Assembly (NCBI GenBank): GCA_951406725.2
Contig: OX597838.1
Coordinates: 1,612,001-1,676,000, forward strand
Reading direction: 5' to 3'
Source: Octopus vulgaris
Lineage: Eukaryota
DNA: 64,000 nucleotides
The notes under the pieces were generated by a model. The model saw only the letters and a program-made list of their open reading frames with translations, ran no database searches and was not told where the DNA came from. Of this stretch, positions 24,808 to 39,155 are shown piece after piece (the first letter of the stretch is position 1; each line of letters opens with the position of its first letter). The position numbers and the translations under genes were made by a program.

Positions 24808-25293
24808 TATGTTAATTTTTTTTTACTTTCCCTCTTATTGCCATTTTATATTCTACCTTGAACAAGTTCCTTTATCTGTTGCAAATACTCGATACTCTTT
24901 GCATCATATTTTCCCTTCAACACGACGATGCTCCTCTGCTTCTTCTACCGATTCGACTCTCTCTTTCTCTTTCTCTTTTTGCCGTTGCCTGCATTCTTTC
25001 TCTTGTTAGCTCTCATCGTCTGTCATCCATATTTTATAAACAAATATCTATTTTCAAGTGAGCAAACGATAATTGCACTCATACGCATGCGTTAAGTGAT
25101 GGGTGATATAAAAGAAACTACACATTTCACTCTCCATTCACCACCGTGACCGCCACTACTGCGACCATCACCATCATTATAGTTTTCAGTAAGAAAGCTT
25201 AGTCGAAGTCGTTTGCCAACCAAGATTATATGATTTCAGTTCACTTCTGTTGTTTGTTTGTATCTACTTTTCTTGCTGTCAATACAAAGTTCA

Positions 25294-25342
<49 letters not shown>

Positions 25343-25559
25343 GTAATAATGATGATGATGATAATATCTACTGCTATTCTGCTAAGTTATTAAACTTTCA
25401 TTAAAAAGCCTTTCTATCTATGACAAGTTTATCATTATTCCTTCTTCTCCCCAGCCATCGATGTGTTTGTTAATGTGGATCGGCAGATAAATAGACCAAT
25501 AGATAGAAGATGGAAGAAATTGAATATTAAAATGTTATTTTCTTGTCAATCACAATAAG

Positions 25560-26389
25560 ATATGATGTTTAAAATTTCTCTCTTTCTCCCTCCCTCTCTT
25601 TTTCTCCCTACCTCTCTTTTTCTCTCTCTACTTCTTACATCAACAAACTTTTTAACCCTATCATTTCCCATTTCACGTCGTTATAATTTCTCTCTTCCTT
25701 TTCTTCAACTCTCACTTCCGCTAAACGCTTGACAGCTTAATGCATCGCCTGGCAATAACGCCTCAACTCCAAGGCGGCGAGCTGGCGGAAACGTTAGCAC
25801 GACGGGCGAAATGCCTAGCGGTATTTCGTCTGCCGCTATGTTCTGAGTTCAAATTTCACCGAGGTCGACTTTGCCTTTCATCTTTTCGGGGTCGATTAAA
25901 TAAGTACCAGTTACGCACTGGGGTCGATATAATCCGTTTGTCTGTCCTTGTTTGTCCCCTCTGTGTGTAGCCCCTTGTGGGTAGTAAAGAAATAGGTATT
26001 TCGTCTGCCACTACGTTCTGAGCTCAATTTGCACCGAGGTCGACTTTGCCTTTCATCCTTTCAGGGATCGATAAATTAAGCACCAGTTGCGTACTGAGAT
26101 CGATCTAATAGATTGGCCTCCTCCCCCAAAATGTCGGGCCTTCTGCCTAGAGAAGAAAAGAATAATGCCTCTATTCTTCTCTCTCTCTCTCTCTCTCTCT
26201 CTGATCTTACCACCAGAACATCACACTCCTGCTAAACATGGTATTTCTAGCTCTCTTTCTTTATATCACTCCCGTTTCTCTCTCTCTCTCTCTCTATTTA
26301 CTGCCTTTTTCTCTCTTGCTCTCCACCTTCCCGCCATCTAGTCACGTGACAGCGTAATGCATTTCTATCTAAACAAATTAATACATAGA
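25560..26389 (-). mobile_element. Non-autonomous Helitron-like element, copy 2, interrupted by a SINE
   Basis: Shares caacaaac..., ttcacgtcgtt and ttgacagc..aatgcatcg.ctggc with 4060-4270; the minus strand begins A|TCTATGTATTAATTTGTT at 26389. Confidence 0.6.
25771..26160 (+). mobile_element. SINE family B, dimeric form
   Basis: Colinear with 18604-19002 including the linker; degenerate TSD aataacgcctcaactc (25754-25769) / aataatgcctctattc (26161-26176). Confidence 0.9.
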
Positions 26390-26394
26390 TGGTT

Positions 26395-26545
26395 TCGAAT
26401 TTTAACAGTAGGCCAGCATTTATGGGGTACGTGGAAAACCAATTGCATCGACCCCAGCGACTCCGAAAAGATGAAATACTAAGTCGACCTCGGCGGAATT
26501 TGAACTCAGAACATAAAGACGGAAGAAATACCGCAAAGCACTGCC
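26395..26545 (-). mobile_element. SINE family B, degenerate
   Basis: aagtcgacctcggcggaatttgaactcagaacataaagacggaagaaataccgc. Confidence 0.75.
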
Positions 26546-26920
26546 GACTTAACTAATGATGATGATGATGATGAGGAGGATGATGATGATGATGATGAGC
26601 ATGATGATAATAATACACATGATCATGGCAACGACAATATTAATAATCGTATTAAGATGGCATTGATGTCAACATCAAAACGAATTTTGGTGTCAACTTT
26701 GATTAAAACATTGGACTTGATACTGGTAAGTCGGCTACAATTAACAGGACGAATAATAAAGGCAACTTTATTAGAAGACAACTGCTATGGCAACAGTTTG
26801 TGATAAATCAAGAGAAGTAACGAGAGATGGCACATTTGTAGCAAGTATTGAGTACTACATTTAAAAAGAACTCAAGTTTGACAGAAATTCAACGATATTA
26901 TACAAATATATATATATATA

Positions 26921-27575
<655 letters not shown>

Positions 27576-28401
27576 AATACTTGTGCATGTATGTATGTAT
27601 GTATGTATGTGTTTATATGTAAATGCATATGGGTATTATGTGTGTATGTGTGCTTGTGTGTATGTGCGTGTGTGTGTGTGTATGTTTGTGTGTGTATTTA
27701 TATAATTTTGAGCATATGTGTGTGTGTATGTGTGTGTATGTGCGCTCGTCTATGTATTTTATTAGCATTTCTCAGTTTTCTATTTCAAGTTTTAATATGT
27801 CTGATGTCTTGGACAGACTCGGTGTCGAAAGTCAAAATGCCAAGAAGAGAGGACAGTAAAATTGCAATTTTTATTGAGAAAATATAATTAAAAAAATAAT
27901 TTCCTCATAAAATTGAAGTAATTTAGTAAAACAATTAAAAAATAAAAGAAATTATTTCTTTAACTAAAACAATATATTAAAAATAATTTTGCTATTTGTT
28001 TTAAATAAAAGCAATTTATCTCAACAAAAGTATAAATTATAAATGATTTAATTATAAGTTGCGAATAGATGTTATTAATATGACCGTCAGAAACCTTGGT
28101 ACATTTCGCAGTGGTTTGTGCCAGATTAGCACCAAAAATTGGGTGAGAATTACCTTGGTCTCAGTTTGGTCCAGTTGGAATTTTCTTTACAAGATTAGGC
28201 GTAAAAGATTGGCTACCGAAACTCTTCCATTCAACAGTTCACATTCTCCAGAGAATCATGAATCAGAACTGGTTCTGAGAAGTTGCAATTCCATTCCACT
28301 GGAGCCCGCTCCTTCCCACCTTTCAAAGTCTGACGGCGCTTAATAACACCAAGCCTTATTTAAGAATTTTCCCAGAAATTATAAATACGAATCCGTCAAC
28401 A

Positions 28402-28524
28402 ATGTATGTATGTATGTATGTATGTATGTATGTATGTATGTATGTATGTATGTATGTATGTATGTATGTATGTATGTATGTATGTATGTATGTATGTATG
28501 TATGTATGTATGTGTGTGTGTGTA

Positions 28525-28557
<33 letters not shown>

Positions 28558-28578
28558 ATGTATGTATGTATGTATGTA

Positions 28579-28609
<31 letters not shown>

Positions 28610-28654
28610 ATTTATGTATGTATGTATGTATGTATGTATGTATGTATGTATGTA

Positions 28655-28687
<33 letters not shown>

Positions 28688-29070
28688 ATGTATGTATGTA
28701 TGTTTGTTTGTTTGTATGTATATGTGTATGTATGTATATACGTATGTATGTTTGTTCATTTAATTCAAGGTTTCTTGCCAATAAAGAACCTGTCTCTCAC
28801 CTATATCCATGGCTCCTTCATTGGAATTTCAACATCAACAACAGGGTATTTTTGTTTGTTTGTTTGTATGTATGCATGTATATATGTTTGTATGTATGTG
28901 TATATATGCTATGTATGTATGTGTGTATGTATGTATGTATGTATGTATGTATGTGTGTGTATGTATGTATGAATGTGTGTATGTATGTATGTATGTATGT
29001 ATGTATGTATGTATGTATGTATATATGTATGTATGTACGTACATACATACATGCCTGTATGCATATATAC
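28402..29070. repeat. (TATG)n/(TG)n microsatellite field
   Basis: Direct reading. Confidence 0.95.
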
Positions 29071-29185
29071 ATTCATAGAATTACATTGAGCTGTTATATT
29101 TCAAACTGTATCCAAACTATGTTCGTTAAATTTCTTTGGAAGATTCCATTTCGAAACGTTTTGTGCATCTCAATACTTATATTCT

Positions 29186-29375
29186 TTAAGGCGCCGAGCA
29201 AAATGCTTAGCTGCATTTAGTCCATCGTTACGCTTTGAGTTCATAATACACCGATGTCAACTAAGCCTTTTCATCCTTTCGGGGTCGATAAAATAAATAG
29301 CTGTTGCATACTGGGGGCGATATAAAAGACTTACTCCCTCCTCCAACCTTGTTGGCATTGTGTCAAAACTTAAAA
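29186..29375 (+). mobile_element. SINE family B, degenerate
   Basis: gcaaaatgcttagc...gagttcata...gccttttcatcctttcggggtcgataaaata. Confidence 0.7.
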
Positions 29376-30207
29376 TCAATATTTTTTATTTTTGCATTTG
29401 CTAAATTTACGTTCGATTTACTGGGAGTGTGGAAGAACAGCAGCCATATTTCTACCTATTTTCTTCCTATTTTTTCTCAGTTTCTCTCCTTTATATTCGA
29501 TTATTGGTACATATTTAGTAAGGAACGGCTCCGTTATTTTCTTAGCTCTCCTTTACAGCTGTATATACATCAATAGAATTTCTTTCTACCCTAACAGATC
29601 TTTAGATTCCTTCTTTCACAAAATCAAATATTCAGCTATAATTACTCGTGCGTCAATCCATATTCTTTGCTCCTGTCCAAACGAACCATCATTTACGCTG
29701 TCAAACGCCAATATTTCTTCCTTTTTAGCCAGCAATACAATACACAATTACTATTTTCACCTGTCAATTTATATATTTAACGAAATATTAAAAATAACAA
29801 CGATAACAACAGTATTAAGCAGTTCTATTCTTCGTCTACTTTTGTCTATTTTTGCTTTGTTGAAGACTATAAGACGATCGTTGGTAGGAAGGTATTTTTT
29901 TTTCTGCCGCAAAATCCATTTGATGCGTTTTCCCAGAAATTTCCGCCGCCATCCGCCGCCATGCTGCTATTCCAAGCTGATTTCATTTTGCATTGTTCAC
30001 TTCTTTCGACACAATTTCTTTTCCGGCTCCATAACCAACAGGGATTTCAGCTAGACATTGCAGCGTTTTATGATCCAACAATCATACAAGCGTATACACA
30101 TGTGTATGTATGTATGACTATACAGATATATACACTCGCACTCACAGACATGCACAAGCACATACACATGTATATGTGTATGCGTGTGAATATACTTCTA
30201 TGCACGC

Positions 30208-30241
<34 letters not shown>

Positions 30242-30411
30242 GTGTGTGTGTGTGTGTGTGTGTGTGAGTGTTTGTGTCTGTATAGTACATGAGCAGTTAA
30301 TTTGCCGAAATGCGTATGTTTATAAAGCAGAAAATATTGCGTATGAGTAGTATTTTATTAATACTACACGTATATATATATCTATATCTATATACACACA
30401 CACATATATAT

Positions 30412-30537
<126 letters not shown>

Positions 30538-30763
30538 TGAGAGAAAGAGAGAAAGAGTGAGAAAGAGAGAGAAATAAAGAAAGTGTGAAAGAGAGAGAGA
30601 AAGAGAGAGATAGGGTGTGAGAGAGGGGTGGGGAAAGGAATAGGTGAACGTGTAAAAGTCTAGATGACAGTTTTAAGTAGATATAACCGGCAGCAGTTAA
30701 CTGCCATCTTAAATCCTTTGGTTGACAAAGAGACGCTGTTCCAACTATAATGGACTCTATAAA

Positions 30764-30823
<60 letters not shown>

Positions 30824-30986
30824 ACACAGGTACGCACGCACACGTTACCTGTATACGATTGTTTATGCAGATGGACTTTATTATATTACCTGATGTGTGA
30901 AAATCTTCCACCCCACTCTCTCTCTATATATTTGCATATACATATATACATGCATACATGCATCCATATATATGTATATGTATGTA

Positions 30987-31018
<32 letters not shown>

Positions 31019-31137
31019 CGTATATATGTATATATATATGTGTATATATATATATATAAATATATATATATAGATATAGATATATAAACGTACATATATA
31101 AATATCTTTATATTCTATATTCACACGCACAAATATA

Positions 31138-31272
<135 letters not shown>

Positions 31273-31429
31273 GTATGTATATACGCACACACACATACAC
31301 TCACGTGTCGTACACTTCCTGTACATGCAAACATGTTATTGCTTCCTGAACAGCTCAGACACCACCGCAACCGCTGAATACATCATCCTCATCCTCATCG
31401 ACGCGTCTTCCGCACTCTGACTTCTTCCT

Positions 31430-31680
31430 TTGCACCGACGTCACAGGCGCAGCCGCCCCACCCCCACCCACTATCACACAGAATGAATTATTACATGCCT
31501 GCTGTAATACGATCATAACCTGACGGGTGTGCGATCAATTATCGATTAGTTCTGTGACTTCTGAGACAAAATGTCATTAGCCAATCACAACCGACTATTG
31601 CGTCGACCTCACGGAAGTAGCCAATCGCAATCGTCTTTTTTTGTGTCGACCTTATTAAATTAGAACCCGCCAACTCTGGG
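31430..31680. promoter_or_regulatory. Candidate promoter/enhancer motif cluster
   Basis: CRE-like GACGTCA (31437), GC/GT-box ccgcccacccccc (31453), two AGCCAATC boxes exactly 40 bp apart (CCAAT at 31581 and 31621), ETS CGGAAGT (31612) and E2F-like CCCGCCAA (31666); locally CpG-rich. Confidence 0.4.
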
Positions 31681-31755
31681 ATGACATGCAAACCAAGTGC
31701 TTTCTTGACTCGGTGTGTGTGCGCTTGCGCGTGTGCATGATTGGATGTGTAAAGC

Positions 31756-31788
<33 letters not shown>

Positions 31789-31824
31789 TAAGATTTCATA
31801 TTGTCACATTATTCCTGTTAGCCC

Positions 31825-31856
<32 letters not shown>

Positions 31857-32638
31857 AATATAAAGAGAGAGAGAGAGAGAGAGAAAGAGGAAGAAAGAGA
31901 GGGAGGGGGAGAGAAAGTGTAAGATAGGAATATAGACAGACGGAATTTATACAAACTCATCACAGTCTGTCTGGCCTAACAAAGGTTTCACTTGTATGAC
32001 AGCGCCACCTATCAAGCTTATTATTTTACAATATGAAACCAGCCACATACATTTTCTCTTTTTATTTAATGTCAGAATTCTTTCGTTGGGAGAGTTCACC
32101 TACCATGTCTCTTGTTTCCAGCCCTTACGGACATTGGTGAAGTCAATGTGGTTGCAATCGACCGGTGTCCGCAATAAGTTGCTGGTCAGTAAGTCCCATC
32201 CCTGTGGTTCATATCTCACTTCATCACAGGCAAATTTCTTTTCCGATTCTACAATCGCACAATAGATCGCACCTTTGTCTGTCTGACGGACTGCTTGACT
32301 CTCTCTCTTCCTCTCTCTCTCTCTCTCTCTCTCCCTCTCTCTCTCAAACTCTTTCTCTTTTTGATGAAGATTCTATTAACTGAGCGTTTGTACTCTAATG
32401 CTCAGTAATGTCTTTCATCGTTGTTAAGTTAACGATATTTCCGAACGACACGCTGCTCCCGTCTTATCTCCTCCTTTAAACTTACACCCTCAGGGATTAG
32501 GTACACACAACCCGATCACCTCCTGACACCCACCACACACCCTGCTACCACGTACAGAAACCTTCAGAATAATCTATTAATGGCAACATAAAAGACTTAT
32601 TTCAATGTGTGTGTATATATATGTATACATATCTACAT

Positions 32639-32694
<56 letters not shown>

Positions 32695-33093
32695 GTGTGC
32701 GTATATATTCGTATGTGTTTGTATGTATAATTATAAGAGTAGGATGATAAAAGATATTTTGATTCATATTGCGGTGTGGTATATGATTGTGTTATAATCA
32801 TTGTATTAAGTCGATATTTAATTATATTCAATTTAATATAAATACGTTTACTTTTCTACTCACCCACCCCAAACCCATCATGTTGCGTATGTATTCATGT
32901 ACATATGTGTGTGTATGGGTATTTATGTGTGTGTGTGCATCATGTTCTTACGCCTGTTCCCGTTCAGTTTACGCACGCATATACACATTTATATACAGAT
33001 ACATGTATTCATATCTTATATATATTATCTATGTGTGTATATATATATATATGCATATGTATGCAGATCTATATGTGTTCATGTATACACACA

Positions 33094-33140
<47 letters not shown>

Positions 33141-33237
33141 ATTATATGCATGCATACATGCATGTATGTATGTATGTATATATATATACATATATGTGTA
33201 TATATATATATATATACATATATGTATACATACATGA

Positions 33238-33270
<33 letters not shown>

Positions 33271-34189
33271 TAGCATTAATGATATTATCTCCCACCGCTT
33301 CATTGTCTCAAGTTGTTGAAGCCAGCTGCACTTCAGTTCCATCATCTTTACCTCCAGTTCTACCTCCATCATCCCCGTAGTTGCAGCACTAACACCATCA
33401 TCACCACTATCTGAGTAACAGCATCCAAACCACCACCACCACCACCACCACACCGTCGCCGTCGCCGCCACCACCACCACCACCACCGTCGCCGTCGCCG
33501 CCACCACCACCACCACCCCTATGATGCTACTACTACTGCTATGATGCTCCTATTACATAGCTACTATTTCCATACGTAGAGCCACACACTTGCACACTCG
33601 AACTCACACACAACTATATCCATACTACATACATACATACATACATACATACATACATACATACATACATACATACATGCATACATACATACATACATAC
33701 ATGCATATCATACACACATACATCTCTATTTACATCTTTGTTATACATCCCCATGCACACACTCACACAATCACGCACACAGCCACACACACACTACAAA
33801 CACACTGAGCTAATGAACGTCAGCGAGATCAAAAGATTCTTCTATTCTGACGTAATTTTTTTCTTTGTTTATATCACACCTAACATCCCAGCATGCATTG
33901 TGTGTCAGACAGAGAGTGACGGTGGAAGGATATGCGACACATCCACATGAACACACACACTCACGTACACACTGATACATATATTCGTATACAATCACAC
34001 ACATACGCACATACGCATACCAATATACATACATATATATATATATGTATATGTGTGTGTGTGTATATATAGACACACACACATGCACGCACACACACAC
34101 ACATACATATGTGTGTGTGTGTGGGTGTGGGTGTGTGAAATCTTGTATCCCTGCCGTAAGGCTTTACTTCCACACACGCCAGCTTAATT

Positions 34190-34495
34190 TAAATCGTCCT
34201 TAGTCGAAAGACACCTGTTGTTATGTCCTGTTATTTGTATTTGTGTAACATTCTCCGTTTTTTCCGTCTTTGTTTTCGTATACATTCGCTGCTTTCTTCC
34301 AAGGAATCTGATGCTCTTAGCTTAGTTTTTCTTTGAGCCTGGCCAGATTGGAGCAATCTCGAGTATAACCAGTCGAAATTGCAAAGGTAATCTGGAACTC
34401 GGCTGAGGATAGAAAACTCCGAATGGTCCGTCCTTGTTTTCTTTGTATCGTCTATCTGGATGTTTTACGTTCTTGTCCCATTTTGTATTTATATA
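34190..34495 (+). mobile_element. Unclassified repeat-like segment, possibly a Penelope-like terminal-repeat fragment
   Basis: Pyrimidine-rich segment between microsatellites, with hairpins (agattg-gag-caatct; ctgg...ccag) and tcgaaattgcaa shared with 45823-45834. Confidence 0.3.
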
Positions 34496-35191
34496 TATAT
34501 ATATATATACACTATGTGTATATGTGTGTGTATGTTAGTGTCTGTGTGTTGGTGAATAAAGAGTTTGCATTCATTACTAAATTTGCATGCTGCACCTGCC
34601 ATCATCATTGTCTATGTTGCTGTTGTCGCTGTTGTTATTGTTGCAATTGGTATTGGTATTGTTGCCGGTAGTGTTGGTCGTATAGGAATATGGTTCTTTA
34701 AACCAAATTCCACGAAACCATCTTTCCTTCCTCCACTGCTACTCAATTCACTCGCCTAAAACTGATTGACATCTCGTCCGGAATTCTTCCATTTTTAGAA
34801 ACTTCGAGAACAAACCCTAAATCGTCTTGAAGGCTGAAAGGAGGGAATTATCGTTGGACCAGAGATCTGCTCGTAATATTTACCACAAAACAGACACTCC
34901 ACTAATGACTCCTAATAAGGTGACCAGTTGGTGATAGTTACATGTTTTTATTGGATAATATTACATGTGAGAGGTTGTACACTTGAAACTAACCACCGTC
35001 GGTTCTTTTACTCTGGAGGGCACCAACCACTCGAGACACAATAATAGTGCAACGGGAATCACTGAGTACGAATAGCTGGGAGCAGCCATCTTCTATACAA
35101 TAAATAATAATTATTGTTGTCAATAACATGGGTACAGCCATTCTGGAGCATTGCATTTATACATGAATATATATAATATATATATATATGC

Positions 35192-35263
<72 letters not shown>

Positions 35264-35264
35264 C

Positions 35265-35377
35265 CTATAATAAAATATAAATTTAAATATATTATTAATA
35301 TTTTACTAAAAATTACTATACTAAATAATACATTAGTACAATATTAATAATATATTTAAATTTATATTTTATTATAG
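35265..35377. repeat. AT-rich palindrome, 45-bp arms, 23-nt spacer
   Basis: ctataataaaatataaatttaaatatattattaatattttactaa (35265-35309) versus 35333-35377, one mismatch. Confidence 0.9.
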
Positions 35378-35439
35378 ATAATATCTTTCACTATTACTTG
35401 AATTACTTTGCTGAAATTTGATTTAGTATTACTAAATTG

Positions 35440-35513
<74 letters not shown>

Positions 35514-35772
35514 CATACTCAATTTTGGAGGCACCCGAGTTGTTATTAAGCTTCTGGGGAAAAGCTAGCGAATGTATACTAAGACAGAAACAAACAAGAC
35601 ATTATATAAATTCAATAGACAAAGAATTATGCATTTATAACAACATGAAGCCTTACGGCTATATACAACAGAAGGAAAAATGTATAAACATATATCACAA
35701 ATACAACAGCAACAGCTTTGCTGCTATCGAACGAACTTAGTGGCGTGGTGCAAAGATGAAATGGAGAAGTTC

Positions 35773-35844
<72 letters not shown>

Positions 35845-36199
35845 TAGATAGAATAAATTGATTTATGATATATTTTATATACAGTATGTTTTAAGTAAAA
35901 AAAAGAATTTGGATGCTATGAGGAAAATGTTTTGCTATAACCCAATTATTTCTAGTTGTCGCCGTTCACTCACTGAAGATCAGTTTTTGTTTTCGTTTAC
36001 CAGTTTTTCATTCGGAAGCCAACAGCTGTGTTTTCAAATCTCTCTTAGTTCCATCGTATGGAATTGGTAAGCAAACGCTGATGACGGCTGACCGAATATA
36101 CTGTGTTTATCGAAATAAGAAACATTAGAAGTTAGACATTTCTTTTGTCAAGAAACGGGCGTATTTCAGTGATATAGAATTTTGAAGTGAATTGATTAT

Positions 36200-36500
36200 G
36201 AAATCCCTTCATTTGCAGGAAGTTATGGAAAGGCTGCAGGAATTGATTGTTGGTGAGGAAAAGAGGGATCTTGAGTGTGAATAGTGTGAGGCACAGTTTC
36301 GTAACCGCATTCATTGAATTTCTGCTGGGTTATTTGTGAGACCTGTTTCCGGGGCAAAGTATTGTTAATTTTTCCATCGATCAATGTTGGTCTAAAACTT
36401 GGAGGTTTTGGTGGTGTATTTGATTTGCCATCTTTTATTTGACGGACTCAGGCTGACAATTAAAAGTGCATTGAAACCGGAATCAATAGAACTGAACATG
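36200..36500 (-). mobile_element. Possible MULE (Mutator-like) transposase remnant
   Basis: Minus strand reads NIDRW...QYFAPETGLTNNPAE then, after a frameshift, SMNAVTK; this resembles the TNNxxESxNxxxK motif around the MULE catalytic Glu. Confidence 0.35.
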
Positions 36501-36640
36501 CACTTCGAAATGGTAAATGCTATGAACTGAGTTGAATAAAAGTTTATCAACAATTTCAGAAAATCTTCATAAGCGTCAAAGTTTACTTACTAAAAAATGC
36601 AATTATTCTTGTATTGTTATATATATCTATATCTATATTA

Positions 36641-36745
<105 letters not shown>

Positions 36746-36979
36746 AATTGGGTGGCACAAATATCACAAAGGTGCTAATAATTCATTTACATTCTGTTTG
36801 AAATTTGTTATGCATAGGAAATGTGTGTAAACTAGGTGTGAAAAATCACATCTTGTAAAGTACAAATAAAAAAGATCTCATCAAAATAAATTTCAGTCCC
36901 TTTAGTTGACTTATGTATTTATAATCTTGTATGTGTATACACACTCACACACACACACATATATATATATATATGTAGA

Positions 36980-37560
36980 TCATTGTTCATTGTTTCAGTG
37001 TTGGATCAACCCAACAGATGCTGTTATCCCCATTGGTTAAGATAAACTTCCCGTTCTGGCTCGATCACGCCAATTCTTTCGATCTTGATCCAAACTGATC
37101 ATCTTCCTATCGCCGTGGAGGCCTTCCAGTGAGCATTTTCTGATCTCTTCCATACCACTCTGTAACTATATAGGCTCACCCAGAGGAACCTATGCTTTCG
37201 GTTTTCTGCTATCACATCGTTCACTTCGCTCTTTTCTCCAATTATCTCATTTCAAATATGCTTTTGTAATGATGTTCCTAGAAGGGATTTTTCCGTGGCC
37301 CTTTGCGTTGATGTTCTATCCTCTTGTGCATAAGACTGCAGGTAGTGGGTGCTATGAAAGAGTTGGCACGTATGGTATTGTCGAGCTTTGATTTGTGCAC
37401 ATCCTTTATCGAGATAAATGCCTTCCATTCTGCACGAGTTCTCTTTAAGATTTCAGCCTCCATATCTCAGCACATATTCACTTTGTGCTCTAGGTAGACG
37501 CACACCTTTACCCCCTCGATATCATCATTTACCACCTCTATTCAGCCTTGGTAATAAGAA
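36980..37560 (-). mobile_element. RTE-clade LINE 3' fragment, decayed
   Basis: EAEILKRTRAEWKAF...IRAN, LGTSLQKHI.NEII, TEWY...GRPPRR; 3' tail with repeated acaatga. Confidence 0.75.
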
Positions 37561-38314
37561 AATTGCCAGATATGGGAGAGAAGGTCATGAAAAGGGAAGG
37601 GACTTGATGCAAGAAATGTAGGAGAAACAGATGGAAATATTTATTTAGAAGAAATAAGTAAAACAAGTAAAACGCGTTGAAATGTTCACTTAAATGTTTC
37701 GTTTGGAATTTCAACGAATTCAAATAACGATTAAGTTGGTTTTACGCCATACGTATAGAGGTGACAAATATATATATACGGATGATTCTAAATGGGAAAC
37801 ATAAGTAGAGCAACTCGTTTAAGCCGAACGACGGATGCAGAAGTGATTTACAAGTGATGACTGTGGAAAGTATTTTAAATTGAAAAGCAAATGGAAAATG
37901 TTGAAAGGATTAAAATTAGAGAGACAAGGTTGAGAAAATAAAGTAACGAAGCGGTCGAAGGTTTTAATGTTTTAAGTGGGAAAAATTTGTCGTTTCATCT
38001 TTGATCGGAAAATAAAGTTTTAAATGTTTTATTCTGTTTTACACTGCCACGATGTACACATTGGGTGACACGATTGGTGTAAAACAGTTAAGTATTTGAG
38101 ACTGGTAATGGTTACAAATTGTAATGGTTACGGACATATTGCAACGAAATATAACTTTCTAATGAACTATTTAGGAGTTCAAAACAATAAAAGAAGAAAG
38201 AAAATGAAAAGAAAATTTTAAAGTCAAAATGAAGATTAATATGTGGTACGGAAAAGATGTGTAATGTAAATGTGTATGTATGTATGAATGTACTTTCATA
38301 CATACATATATAAA

Positions 38315-38392
<78 letters not shown>

Positions 38393-38522
38393 TTTATATA
38401 TATATGCTCGAAACGTCAGAAACTCTATTCACCGAGCATCAAAGTAATGTATTCCGTGTGCACGTTCTCTTGTTTGTCATTTCTGATGTTCGTTTATTCG
38501 ATTTGACTATATATGTATATAT

Positions 38523-38566
<44 letters not shown>

Positions 38567-38647
38567 ACACACATACACATACAAGAAAATATCTGGCAAG
38601 AATGAAACACCACATAGGTAAGATTATAAATATAAATATAAATATAT

Positions 38648-39026
38648 AAAGCAGATGTAAACGAAGTGCGATCATTGCTAGAAATGGCAGCCGGTAAATT
38701 TACGGCACTGTGTAGGGCTTCATTGAATATTTACAGGCAGAGAAGCGTGACCGCGAATCTGATTGGTCATCGTCAGTTGAGTCTACCATGAAGGACACCA
38801 TTTTAAAATATCCACTACATCTCTGCCTTTTTACTCGGCTGATTGCCCCAGTCATAATTAGAACCACGATCAGTGAAAAACATTTACAAGTGATGTTTCT
38901 GGAAAGTATTTCAAATTGAAAAGCACAAAGGAAATGTTAAAAGGATTGAAATTAAACGGACTTTACATGGCGCCGTAAACTTACCGGCTGCTATTTCTAG
39001 CAATGATCCTACTTCACGTACATCTG

Positions 39027-39030
<4 letters not shown>
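38648..39030. mobile_element. MITE-like element with ~67-bp imperfect TIRs inserted in TA repeats
   Basis: aaagcagatgta...gatcattgctagaaat(g/a)gcagccggtaa.tttacggc at 38648-38714, inverted at 38964-39030. Confidence 0.85.
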
Positions 39031-39119
<89 letters not shown>

Positions 39120-39155
39120 TGTGTCTGTGTGCGTGCGTGCGTGTGTGCGCGTGTA

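Noticed and set aside
27820-28400. Possible DNA-transposon end with coding remnant
   Set aside because: No partner TIR or diagnostic motif found.
29392-30054. 220-aa non-repetitive ORF
   Set aside because: Non-ATG start, F/S/I-rich composition typical of T-rich non-coding strands, and no domain.
32070-32290. ILSLGEFTYHV resembling the APE endonuclease LGDFN motif
   Set aside because: A single weak motif with catalytic residues missing.
38745-38780. Minus-strand CTGACGA with a tgacc/ggtca stem
   Set aside because: Not followed by GAAA.
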